Assembly: GCA_050506795.1 (NCBI GenBank)
Contig: JBJHCF010000026.1
Location: 1-64,000 of the forward strand
DNA: 64,000 bases
Reading direction: 5' to 3'
Source of the DNA: Opitutia bacterium
GTDB lineage: Bacteria; Verrucomicrobiota; Verrucomicrobiia; Opitutales; T3Sed10-336
A program made the translations under genes and the position numbers. A model generated the notes under the pieces. The model was given only the letters and a program-made list of their open reading frames with translations. It made no database searches and was not told the origin of the DNA. Below, one piece after another: positions 1 to 9,427 of the stretch (positions are counted from its first letter, which is position 1; every line of letters begins with the position of its first letter).

Positions 1-37
1 CTCCCGGTGTATGGCATTGGTTTGATTCTTTTCTTGG

Positions 38-75
38 AAAAACGGCCTCCCTCCTGTTGCAACGAGGGAGGCCGT
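38..75 (-). terminator. Intrinsic terminator downstream of the 1409-aa gene
   Basis: 12-bp inverted repeat ACGGCCTCCCTC/GAGGGAGGCCGT (42-75) with an adjacent A-run that reads as a U-tract on the minus strand. Confidence 0.7.
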
Positions 76-115
76 CGATCTTGGTTCGAGTCGCCTTAAG
101 AAAAAGGCGAAGTCT

Positions 116-3100
116 TTAGTTCTGCCTCACCGTGACCTGCAGGAAGGCGCGCGTCGCTCCGTTGGGCGGGGTGGCCCGGACGGTGACCTCGTCGAACTCG
201 GCGTCAATCGTGGTGCGGTTGACTTCCACGACATTCTGGCTGCTCCAGTCATCGGTCAGATTGAGGGACATCTCCGGTGTGTAGGTGACATCGCCGTCGC
301 GACGCTCGAAGTAGGTGAGTTGCAGGAATCCGTCAACGATCTCGGGTTGCGGCATATCGGCGGCACTGACCGGGGTCATGGCCGGGAATCCAAGCGCGTA
401 CTTGAGGAAGTTGGCCACGCCGTCACCGGCGGGAGTTGCGGTCGGTCCGACGATGTCGGGATTGGTTTCGGTTCCGAACTGATCCTCAAGCCACTCCGCG
501 AAGGTCATTCCTTCCGGATCGACCGGAGGTTCGCCCACCTGTTCCGGCGTGCCCATTTGGAACCCATTCCAGGCCACGTCAGGGTGACGCCCGCTCATTC
601 CAAAATGGCTGCCGGTGGGCAGTCCGCCGCTCACATCCACCTGGGTGGAGAACCCGGCTTCACCGCCGTTGTTGTCGGTGAGGCTGCCGCTCAGGCTGAG
701 GCTGTTGGCCGAGTTGTACGTTCCGGTGATTTCCAGCGTGTAGGAAGCGCCTTCGACGTATTGCGGAGCATTGGCTGCGCCGCTGAAATCGAACGTATCC
801 AGGACGCCGGCATCGCCGGGGCCGTAGATGGACAATTCGTCGGTGAACGGGTGCCAGTAGAAGCGGAAGGCGTTGGCGGTGTTAGCGTCGTTTCCGAGGA
901 AGCTCAGACCGATGCGGGATCCGCCGTTTTCGGACCACTCCGGTGTGGTAGGCGTGGTATCCGGCAGGCCCTGGGTGACGAAAGTTCCGTGGAAACCGTT
1001 GGGTCCGAGGTCGAACACCGTGTCCCCTTCGCCCTCGTTCATCGGCCAATAGGCGGCCAGGCCGCTTTCCGAGCCGGTGAGGCGATTGAACATGTTGTTC
1101 CGGATTTCCTCTTCGGTGCGCACCACGTTCCAGACGCGGACTTCTTCCACGTATCCGTTCAGGCCGGGGAGAGAGCCCCGGTTATGCCACCAGCCGATCT
1201 TGAAGGTGTTGTCGTTGCCGGTATCCAGATTGGCCCGATTTTCGCGGGCGACCTCTTCGCCGTCGACATAAACGATCGAGTGGGTGCCGTCGAATACCAT
1301 GGCGAGGTGGACCCACCGGTTGGAGGAATCCTCGACGGTGAACCAGATGTCGTTGCCGCCGCTGCCCCAGTGATTCAGAACCCACTCGTTTTGGCCGCCG
1401 GCCACTTTCAGGGTCCAGTCTCTTCGCGGAGTTCCGGTGTTGCCCATGGTCCAGACGGTGCCGTTATTGTCGTAAACGCGCGACCAGGCCCAAGCCTCGA
1501 TGGTGCGGAGGTTCCCGCCGTCGATGCCAAGGTCTCCGGCGGTGACGCCGGTCTCAATGTGACCCTGGCCGCCGGGCAGGAACTCCAGCGGGCGTGAGTC
1601 TTCGCCGGAGGCGGTGACTTGAGCTCTGACCGTGAAAGGCATTCCGGGCGTGGCATCGAGTCCGTTCGCGGTGGCACCGGCATCGGCGATGCCGGGGATG
1701 GTCGAGCCGGAATTCCGGCGGTGGCTGAGACTCTGCGTGTCAATATTCCATGTGGCGGGAAGGTAACCCGATTTCGTCAAGCCGGCGTCGCCGTCGCGCC
1801 CCCCGGCGGAGCCGAATTGATAGATCAGCGGCAAGGGCCGTGGAGCGGTGTCGGACCAGGAGAAACTGTGGAAGTCCCAGACCGGGTTTTCCGCGCCGCG
1901 GTGACGGGCGCCGAATCCGAACCGGTTGGCGTCGGCCCCGGGCGCCGTCATGGAACCGGAAAGCACCGCCGCCCCGCCGACGCCGTCGGAGACGACCGCG
2001 GTGAAGTCGATGTTGCCGCCGTTGAACTGGGCCAGGAAGCGGAAGTTGTAGGTGTTTCCGGGGACGGCGGCCGGAGGATTGGCGACTTCGGAGAACTGAG
2101 TCTGTGCGATGATGGCGCCATCCATGCCCTGGCGAACCGCGATCAAACCGCCCCCGGCGGCGTTGGGCAGCCACTGGAAGGTGTAGAATGAGGAGTCGTC
2201 GGTCGGATCGTAAACATTCGGGTCCTCGGCCCCGAAGAGAACCAGGCCGGCCCGGTTGTCCGCGTCTCCGGAGTCGAGCGAGTCGAGGGTCACATTGGCT
2301 GTCAGGTAGATGTCGTTACCGGGTTCGAAGTTGTAAACCCGTGTGGTCGCGATGGCGTTTTCGTAATTGGCGGCGGAGGTGGCCAGGCGCAGGGCGTCCT
2401 CGGTGAGGGACCAGTCCCCCTCCGGATGCTGCAGGAAGTCCCCTCCGGCATTGCGACCGTCGCCCGAACCGAAAGCATAGCTGAAAGGCGCCTCGATACT
2501 GGGCACAATCGGAGCCGGTTCGTCGCCGAGGGTCAACGCCATGGTCTCGAAATCGAACGTCGCGTTCTCCTGGGTCCTCGCTCGGCCGCCAACTCCGAAG
2601 AGATTACCGGTGAGAGGATTCGAGATGAAGGTGGAAACGCTGGCGCTGAAGTCGTCCTCATCGGTCATGGTGAAGATCAATTCCAGCGAACCGCCGAGGT
2701 CGTAAATCCCTTCCGCCTTCAGTGCGATCTGGCCGGTGTCTCCTGTGGGAGTGCCGGCAACGCTGACGTTGTCTATGAACCAGCCGGGAAACTCGTCGCC
2801 TGAGAGCGGGTCGCTTTCCAGGCGGAATATGATCACCACGGTGCGATTGAGGGCATTCGCCGGAAGAGAGAATTCACGGGAACGCCAGCCGTTGGAAACG
2901 TCGTTATACTGCCCCAGTGTGGCGAGGAGGCTTTCGCTGGATGCGTCGCGAACTTCGACGTTCAAGTTGTGCCAGAGATTGTCTCCGTCGGCCTCGTCGT
3001 CGAGATCGGTGTATTCGTGGAACCGCAACGTTGCCAGTTGCATGCCGTTGAGGTTGATCGCCGGGGTGCGAATCCAGGCATTGGTGTTGGCCGGGTAGTT

Positions 3101-4345
3101 TTGCGCCAGGCCGGTTCCGGCGACGTTGTTGCCTTCGAATGCCGATTCCGGACCCTCATGAGTGCCCTCGATGAAGACCGGCTCGCCGATCTGCCAGAAA
3201 TCAGAGGGGGAGCCTCCCACAGTCCAGGCGGACTCGGAAGCCGAAGCGTTTTCGAAGTCATCCGAGAACAGCACCTCTTCGGCCGCCAGAGGAGCCCGGC
3301 CGCCCCAGGCGTTCTGGGCGAGAACGGGACCGTTGAAACCGTTGCGGATGCTGAGTACCGATTCTCCATTGGGACCGGAGGGTTCCCAGGCCAGGGCATA
3401 AAAATCCGTGTCATTCGAACTGTTGAAAGGAGCCTCCACACTGTGGGGACCACCCAGCGCCACCAGGCCGACCCGGTTATTGGCCAGGCCGCCGAGGTTG
3501 GTCAGGTTCATATCGGCTTCGAGCGTGAAATTTTGTCTTTCGATGTAGTTGCTTACCGACGCGAGCGCGGTGCTGGTCACAAAAGTTTCCAGTGCCGGTT
3601 GATAGCGGAGGCTGTTGGCCTGTATGGAATAGTCCTGCGGCCAGTTGCGAAGAAGATCGTTCTGTCCGTCCTGGCCCGCTCCGGTTCCGAAATTCAGGGC
3701 GATCGGGGCGTCGATGGGTGAAAAGTCCTCCACCCAGTTGCCGGATTCGGTCAGGGTTACGATCACATTGTCGACCGGCCCGAACGCGCCGACATCACGG
3801 CCATCCGCGAACGCGCCGAACATGCTCCAGGTAAGCGTCTGGCCAATCACAGGACTTCCTTCCTCCACCGTGTAGCGGATTTCTACGGTGGTCCATTGCC
3901 CAAAGTCGGGTTGCTCGGTGTAGGGGACCACCACGGTGCGCTCCCCGATTTCGGTGCCGTCGAGAGTGATGAGATAGAATTCAAACTCCTCGTAGGAGTC
4001 GCGACCCAGCACTTCGCCGTTGCGTCCCACATCAATTGTTGCGGTGTATTCTCCGGCAGTGATGACGTGGCCCGAAAGAAAACCATTTGTGAGGCGGGCG
4101 CTGAAGGCCCGTCGTTCGGTGAAACCGCCTCCGAAACGCAGATAGTGACTTCCGACTCTGGCCTGAAGGCCGTGGTTGCCGCTGGCATCGCGATCGATCG
4201 CGACATTGGAGGTTCCCTCTCCCTGGTGGGTGTAGTTGCCCGTAGCGAGCATTTCATCAGTGGCGACGATCGCCCCCTGACCATGCAGGGAGACCGCGCA
4301 GAGGGCGGCGGCGAGAAAAATGAGAATCAGCTTGGGTGTTTTCAT
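116..4345 (-). CDS. Large secreted beta-sandwich repeat protein with LamG-like and adhesin-like domains and a conserved C-terminal domain
   Basis: Signal peptide (MKTPKLILIFLAAALCAVSLHG); LamG motifs (TIEAW, WVHLAMVFDG, YVDG, GYVEEVRVWN, LAAYWPMNEG); three internal repeats; C-terminal domain resembles that of 23229..29891. Confidence 0.85.
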   Translation of the reverse strand: MKTPKLILIFLAAALCAVSLHGQGAIVATDEMLATGNYTHQGEGTSNVAIDRDASGNHGLQARVGSHYLRFGGGFTERRAFSARLTNGFLSGHVITAGEYTATIDVGRNGEVLGRDSYEEFEFYLITLDGTEIGERTVVVPYTEQPDFGQWTTVEIRYTVEEGSPVIGQTLTWSMFGAFADGRDVGAFGPVDNVIVTLTESGNWVEDFSPIDAPIALNFGTGAGQDGQNDLLRNWPQDYSIQANSLRYQPALETFVTSTALASVSNYIERQNFTLEADMNLTNLGGLANNRVGLVALGGPHSVEAPFNSSNDTDFYALAWEPSGPNGESVLSIRNGFNGPVLAQNAWGGRAPLAAEEVLFSDDFENASASESAWTVGGSPSDFWQIGEPVFIEGTHEGPESAFEGNNVAGTGLAQNYPANTNAWIRTPAINLNGMQLATLRFHEYTDLDDEADGDNLWHNLNVEVRDASSESLLATLGQYNDVSNGWRSREFSLPANALNRTVVIIFRLESDPLSGDEFPGWFIDNVSVAGTPTGDTGQIALKAEGIYDLGGSLELIFTMTDEDDFSASVSTFISNPLTGNLFGVGGRARTQENATFDFETMALTLGDEPAPIVPSIEAPFSYAFGSGDGRNAGGDFLQHPEGDWSLTEDALRLATSAANYENAIATTRVYNFEPGNDIYLTANVTLDSLDSGDADNRAGLVLFGAEDPNVYDPTDDSSFYTFQWLPNAAGGGLIAVRQGMDGAIIAQTQFSEVANPPAAVPGNTYNFRFLAQFNGGNIDFTAVVSDGVGGAAVLSGSMTAPGADANRFGFGARHRGAENPVWDFHSFSWSDTAPRPLPLIYQFGSAGGRDGDAGLTKSGYLPATWNIDTQSLSHRRNSGSTIPGIADAGATANGLDATPGMPFTVRAQVTASGEDSRPLEFLPGGQGHIETGVTAGDLGIDGGNLRTIEAWAWSRVYDNNGTVWTMGNTGTPRRDWTLKVAGGQNEWVLNHWGSGGNDIWFTVEDSSNRWVHLAMVFDGTHSIVYVDGEEVARENRANLDTGNDNTFKIGWWHNRGSLPGLNGYVEEVRVWNVVRTEEEIRNNMFNRLTGSESGLAAYWPMNEGEGDTVFDLGPNGFHGTFVTQGLPDTTPTTPEWSENGGSRIGLSFLGNDANTANAFRFYWHPFTDELSIYGPGDAGVLDTFDFSGAANAPQYVEGASYTLEITGTYNSANSLSLSGSLTDNNGGEAGFSTQVDVSGGLPTGSHFGMSGRHPDVAWNGFQMGTPEQVGEPPVDPEGMTFAEWLEDQFGTETNPDIVGPTATPAGDGVANFLKYALGFPAMTPVSAADMPQPEIVDGFLQLTYFERRDGDVTYTPEMSLNLTDDWSSQNVVEVNRTTIDAEFDEVTVRATPPNGATRAFLQVTVRQN

Positions 4346-4480
4346 AGACTGCTAATCGGGATGTTTGATTCGGAGGATTTGTAGGTTTTGGTTATTTGAG
4401 TAATTCAGAATCCGGAAAGTGGGGGCCTGGAGAAAATTGAACCTTCAGTCCGCCTGAAGGCTAAACGGAGGTTGGAGAGT

Positions 4481-5209
4481 TTACCGGCGGTCGACCTCGA
4501 ACCACCGATCCCAGTTGGCGGCGATGGAATCGTTGTCGTTCGAATCCTCGGCCCCCCAGATCAGACGCCGTGCGTGCCCGTCGCCGAAGACCGCGTTGTA
4601 GCGATCTCCGTGGCGATCGTAGGGGTTCGATACCCGCGGTCCGGGAGGACGCAGAATGGTGCGTGCCTGGTCGATGGAGTTGCCCTGGATGGCCAGACCG
4701 TCGTTCTGCGGCGCCGCGTCGATGAAGATCATGAGCTCGGAAGGATTGCCGCCGTAGAGCGGAATGCGAGCCCGATTCGTGAGGGATCCACGGAAGGTGG
4801 GCTGCACCATGGCGTAGGTGACATTACCCTGGCTGAGGTCTTGATTCAAGGCGTATGAAGGACAAATGCGCCAGTCGCGAACGCCTTGGTGATTCAGTTC
4901 AAGATACTCGCGATAGGGAGCAAGAACGGAGGCCCAGTTCTCGGCTTTGCCCTCCGCCCAGACTCCCTCGTCCGCCCGCACGGCATAGGTGCCGTCGTGA
5001 TCTTCGGCGTAGAGGATAATGGCCATGCCCCATTGCCGGACCATGTTCATGCATTGGGTGGCTCGGGCGGATTCCCGGACCGTCTGAACCACGGGAATGA
5101 GGATGGCGGCGAGAATTCCGATAATGGCGATCACCGTGAGCAGTTCGATCAAGGTGAAGCCGGATTTTCCGGCGGGGGCAGGATTGGAGCTTCGTGCAGA
5201 TTCCGTCAT
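4481..5209 (-). CDS. Prepilin-type N-terminal cleavage/methylation protein with H-X9-DG C-terminal motif
   Basis: [23 protein letters not shown], then [12 protein letters not shown]-terminal [12 protein letters not shown]; start placed at ATG 5209. Confidence 0.92.
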   Translation of the reverse strand: MTESARSSNPAPAGKSGFTLIELLTVIAIIGILAAILIPVVQTVRESARATQCMNMVRQWGMAIILYAEDHDGTYAVRADEGVWAEGKAENWASVLAPYREYLELNHQGVRDWRICPSYALNQDLSQGNVTYAMVQPTFRGSLTNRARIPLYGGNPSELMIFIDAAPQNDGLAIQGNSIDQARTILRPPGPRVSNPYDRHGDRYNAVFGDGHARRLIWGAEDSNDNDSIAANWDRWFEVDRR

Positions 5210-5335
5210 GATGCTTCGGTGGTGCGATGTTGTCCTGGTTGGCGAATTGAAGGTGTGGTTCAACGGCCGGGGGCGTTTAATAAAAACGTGACCGGAATTT
5301 AGCTCGTGGCTTGACAAGCTTCAAAGCGTATTCGA

Positions 5336-5349
5336 TGAAAATCATTGCA
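5336..5349. promoter_or_regulatory. Possible LacI-family operator in the divergent pilin/LacI intergenic region
   Basis: Imperfect palindrome TGAAAATCATTGCA resembling TGnAAnCGnTTnCA; a TTGACA lies at 5311-5316. Confidence 0.3.
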
Positions 5350-5382
5350 TGAAGCCGGGAATTAAACGGCTCACTTTCGATT

Positions 5383-6435
5383 ATGGGAAGAACAACAATG
5401 CAGATGGTGGCGCGGCGCGCCAAGGTTTCGGTGGCGACCGTTTCAAGGGCGTTGCGAGGGCATCCCTCCGTTTCTACTGAGACCTGTGAACGGATCAAAG
5501 CAATTGCCAATGAAATGGGATATCGTCCCAATCCCCTGGTCTCGGCTCTGATTGCCGGAAGGCGCCGTCCGCGGGCTGCCGACGGCGCGGCCGTGCTGGC
5601 CTATATCACCAGCACTCCGGTTTCGGAGGACGCCCGGCAGGCGGTGAATTACTGGGAGTTTTACCGTGGCGCCCGGGACCGCGCCGAAGAACTTGGTTAC
5701 CGGCTGGAGGAATTCTGCCTGCGTTCGCCCGGAATGAGTGCTCCGCGGATTTCCCAGATCCTTCACACCCGGGGCATCTTCGGGGCGGTGATCGCGCCGG
5801 TGCCGACGACCATGAAAACCCTGGATCTCGATTACAGCCGCATCGCGGTGGCGGCCATCGGATTGAGTCTGCGGCGGCCGCGCCTGCACCGGGTCTCGCC
5901 GGATTATTACCAGGCCATGCGGGTCACCCTGCGGGAATTGACGGCGCGCGGGTACAGGCGAATCGGATTCGCGCCCCGTGACGAAGTGGACCGGCGTTTT
6001 GATCGACAGTGGACGGCTCGGTTCCTGGCCTACCAGGAGGATATTCCCAGGAAGGACCGGGTACCGCTCTTGCCTCTGGTAAAATCCAACCGAATCACCG
6101 GAACATTTTTGTCATGGGTGCGCAAATACACTCCCGATGTGGTGATTTCCAGTGACATTCGCGAACTGGCCGCACTGGAGAACGAGGGTTTCTCCATGCC
6201 CGCCGACCTGGGGTACGTCCACCTCGGCGTGGTACCGCGTTACGGCGACGTGGCCGGCATCGATCAAAATGCGGCCCTGGTCGGCGCCGGCGCCGTCGAC
6301 TTGGCCAGCGCCCAACTGTACCGCAGCGAATTTGGCCTTCCGACCAAACCCAAGATGGTGCTGCTGGGAGGCGAATGGCGGGACGGGGGCACCGTGCGGC
6401 CGCTGCCGAAAGAGGCGGAAGCGGTGGCAGGGTGA
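5383..6435 (+). CDS. LacI-family transcriptional regulator
   Basis: N-terminal HTH (TMQMVARRAKVSVATVSRAL...MGYRPN) followed by a periplasmic-binding-protein-like sensor domain. Confidence 0.93.
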   Translation: MGRTTMQMVARRAKVSVATVSRALRGHPSVSTETCERIKAIANEMGYRPNPLVSALIAGRRRPRAADGAAVLAYITSTPVSEDARQAVNYWEFYRGARDRAEELGYRLEEFCLRSPGMSAPRISQILHTRGIFGAVIAPVPTTMKTLDLDYSRIAVAAIGLSLRRPRLHRVSPDYYQAMRVTLRELTARGYRRIGFAPRDEVDRRFDRQWTARFLAYQEDIPRKDRVPLLPLVKSNRITGTFLSWVRKYTPDVVISSDIRELAALENEGFSMPADLGYVHLGVVPRYGDVAGIDQNAALVGAGAVDLASAQLYRSEFGLPTKPKMVLLGGEWRDGGTVRPLPKEAEAVAG

Positions 6436-6755
6436 GCCCTTCGCCAGGCTCAGGGTGGAAGGGAGTGGAGTATTGGAGAGGTGGGAAGGACCTTCGTGAA
6501 ATGATTTGCAATAAAAAGCTTTGGGCGGTTTTTGTGGCTTTAGTTGTTGTAATAGAATGCCTTATAGGTTTAAGGTTCTGTCTTTGAGGGGTGCAGGTGT
6601 AGCCCGGGATTGCCTTCGGGGGCTAAGTTTGCCAAAGAATCAGTCCGTTCGTCCGGTTGTATTCCTTTGACCAATCGGGTCGGACCAACCGGATTCGTTT
6701 CCCGGAAAAAACGCCTCCTTCCATTTAACCCAAAAACAAAAAAGAATACCTGAAG

Positions 6756-7619
6756 ATGAAGAAAATAAGAAACCTCACCGCGGTGTTGGCGGGTCTGGCG
6801 GCACTCGGTGCTGCAAGTACTGCGTCTGCGTCCCTGCTCGCGATCGAAAACTTTGAATATGATGTAGGGACTGGTTTATCCGGTCAGAACGGTGGTACCG
6901 GGTGGCCGGACGCCTGGGGCGGGACATGGAGCAGCACCGGTGGTTCGAGCACGATTGGTTCCGGGCCTTTGGTTTATCCGGGGCATTTCGCAAGCAGTGG
7001 CAACCGTGCGGTTATTGATGCGAGCAGCGGTACGGTGGCGACACCGCGTGCTCTTCCCGCTGGAATCGATACTACGTCAGGTTCGCTCTATTTTAGCTAT
7101 CTCACTCGGAGGACGGCGGACACTGAGCGAACGTTAAACTTTAGTTTCGCGGTTGGGGGCAATGAGCGGTTCGCGTTTGGCCAGATTAACGATACAGGGG
7201 GGAATTTTGGGGTTTTTGCTCACAATAATATGACTGGTACCGGAAGCGGTACGGTTTTTGCCGACGACCCAATTGCGTTCGAGTTGAACGAGGTTTATTT
7301 GATTATGGGGCGCATTGAGTTTGGTTTCGATGGTGACAACGACCGTGTATCCTTGTTTGTGAACCCGACACCCGGTGAAAGCGAGAGCAACCTTACTCCC
7401 TACATGCAGTGGGATCAGTACGACCTCGGGGATATTGACAGATTCCGAGTCTTCGCGGGAGGTGCGACCGATCTGGCGGCCTCGGGCGGTGAGTTTGACC
7501 AAATTCGTTTCGGCACCAGTTTTGATGCCGTGGTAGTCCCCGAGCCGTCCACTTACGCGGCGATCTTCGGGGCGCTCGCTTTGGCGTTCGCGGTTTATCG
7601 CCGCCGGATGCGTCGTTAA
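6756..7619 (+). CDS. PEP-CTERM sorting-domain surface protein
   Basis: Signal peptide; C-terminal VPEPSTYAAIFGALALAFAVYRRRMRR. Confidence 0.93.
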   Translation: MKKIRNLTAVLAGLAALGAASTASASLLAIENFEYDVGTGLSGQNGGTGWPDAWGGTWSSTGGSSTIGSGPLVYPGHFASSGNRAVIDASSGTVATPRALPAGIDTTSGSLYFSYLTRRTADTERTLNFSFAVGGNERFAFGQINDTGGNFGVFAHNNMTGTGSGTVFADDPIAFELNEVYLIMGRIEFGFDGDNDRVSLFVNPTPGESESNLTPYMQWDQYDLGDIDRFRVFAGGATDLAASGGEFDQIRFGTSFDAVVVPEPSTYAAIFGALALAFAVYRRRMRR

Positions 7620-7637
7620 GGAATTCAAATTGCTCAG

Positions 7638-7673
7638 AAAAAGCCGGAAGGGTCATCCCTTTCGGCTTTTTTT
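7638..7673 (+). terminator. Intrinsic terminator
   Basis: AAAAAGCCGGAAGGG-TCAT-CCCTTTCGGC followed by a T7 run. Confidence 0.85.
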
Positions 7674-7784
7674 GTGGAGTGATTCCGGTGACGGAACGTT
7701 TGACTTCCCCTTCTTCAAGGGCCAGATTGACGTTTATCAATACCTGACCGGTTATCGTAAAACACTGCAATCCAGGATCGCCTG

Positions 7785-9140
7785 ATGAAAACATTAGCTG
7801 CCTCTTTTCTTCGATTCACTTTGGGTGTCTGCCTGGCTGCGGGCGCCTGGGTTACGGCTCTCGTTGATGCCGCCGAGACCCCCGATCCTGTCGCGTTGCT
7901 ACGGGAGGCGATCGATACGGTTCGTGACGCGGAAACCCTGAGCGCCGAGATCAATCACACCATTCATCTGCGTATGACGGGAATGGACCAGGAAGTGGAA
8001 AGCCGTTACAGTTTTTCTTATCAGGCCCCCAACAAAGTGGCCATCCTGATCGAAGAGGGCCCTTCGGGTCAGAATCTGATCAGCGACGGCACCGACCTGA
8101 TTGTCCACATTCCGATGATGGAGGTTTACACGGTAAGCCGCGCTCCGGAGGAGATTGGCGCTGTCCTGGAGGAGGGATCTCCGTTCCAGGGTGAGCTGGC
8201 CATGGTGCTGCAGGCATTGATGACCGGTGAGGCCGGGGGAATCGAGGTCACCTCCCTTGGCGAAATGACCCACCTGGGATCCGAATCGGTGGATGATGGG
8301 GTGCTGCACAACGTACGGCTCCATCTGCGGCAGGCGGATCTTGCGGAAAAGTTGGGCGAGGAGTGGCGCGCGGACCTGGATCCGGAGGAGCTTGCCCTGT
8401 TCGATTCCGTGAATTTCGAAGTGGATATCGATCTTGCAATCCTGAAGGGTGAGCGGACCTTCCTCACCGGAATCAGGTCCGACCTCTCGGACTTTATGAA
8501 ACAGATGGCGGCCGAGCAGATGATCACTGACATGGGTGAATTTGAAATGGTATTGGGCTTTTCCCTGAACGACTGGAAAGCGAACGAAGTTCTCCCCGAT
8601 AATACATTCGTTTTTGATGCTCCGGCCGGGTCGCGACGGGTTGATGACATCTTCGCCGCGCTGGAACAGCAGGCCGGCCAGCCGATGGGCGGCGGCGCCG
8701 CCGATGCTCTGGTGGGGGAGGCGGCTCCGGATTTCGAATTGGCCCTCCTGAACGGAGGTGAAGCGGTCCTGTCCGATCACCGGGGCGAGGACATCGTGAT
8801 TATCGATTTCTGGGCCACCTGGTGCGGTCCCTGTATTCAAGCGATGCCCGCCCTGATGGAGGTGGCTTCCGAATATGGTGATCGCAACGTGGTTTTTTAC
8901 GCCGTCAACCTGCGGGAAGAAGCCGACATGGTGCGTTCTTTCATGCAGAACCGGGGCTGGGACTTTTTGGTGCCAATGGATTCCCAGGGAGCGGTGGCAA
9001 ACTCCTACGGAGTCACCGGCATCCCGCACACCGTTATTGTCGGCAAGAGCGGTTTGGTCGAAAAGGTCCATGTCGGCTACTCGCCCGCACTCAAGGAAAC
9101 CCTGACCGCCGAACTCGAACGCCTTCTGGCGGCGGAATAA
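7785..9140 (+). CDS. Exported TlpA/ResA-like thioredoxin with N-terminal LolA/DUF2092-like domain
   Basis: Signal peptide; C-terminal APDFEL...IDFWATWCGPC...YGVTGIPHTVIV. Confidence 0.85.
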   Translation: MKTLAASFLRFTLGVCLAAGAWVTALVDAAETPDPVALLREAIDTVRDAETLSAEINHTIHLRMTGMDQEVESRYSFSYQAPNKVAILIEEGPSGQNLISDGTDLIVHIPMMEVYTVSRAPEEIGAVLEEGSPFQGELAMVLQALMTGEAGGIEVTSLGEMTHLGSESVDDGVLHNVRLHLRQADLAEKLGEEWRADLDPEELALFDSVNFEVDIDLAILKGERTFLTGIRSDLSDFMKQMAAEQMITDMGEFEMVLGFSLNDWKANEVLPDNTFVFDAPAGSRRVDDIFAALEQQAGQPMGGGAADALVGEAAPDFELALLNGGEAVLSDHRGEDIVIIDFWATWCGPCIQAMPALMEVASEYGDRNVVFYAVNLREEADMVRSFMQNRGWDFLVPMDSQGAVANSYGVTGIPHTVIVGKSGLVEKVHVGYSPALKETLTAELERLLAAE

Positions 9141-9294
9141 GTTGGAGTCTTCACTGTTGTTGGCCATTCCCCTGCAGGGCCATGCTCCCGCATGGCCGCC
9201 GACCTGGGAGCGCCGCCCTCAAAGGAGCGGAATCACGATCTCGATTCGGATACATCTAACGATGAACTGTCTTAACCGAGGAGCATTCCTCTTT

Positions 9295-9328
9295 TAGGAG
9301 TCTGTCGGCGAAGCCCGACAGACTCCTA
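9295..9328. repeat. Perfect 14-bp inverted repeat
   Basis: TAGGAGTCTGTCGG-cgaagc-CCGACAGACTCCTA between convergent genes. Confidence 0.8.
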
Positions 9329-9427
9329 GCCGAGAGCCATTAACACGAAGAGCCGGAGCGGATTTCAGTGTTTATTCCCATCGAGGTAAAGCAGTGACTA
9401 ACAAGCCGCGCCGGAAGGGACCTGGCT

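Noticed and set aside
320..1597. Long antisense ORFs (also 7899-9167, 9434-10726, 33752-35041, 36606-38447, 54332-55456, 57136-58260, 59487-60902)
   Set aside because: They mirror well-supported genes on the opposite strand and carry no motifs; this is the expected shadow of GC-rich codon usage
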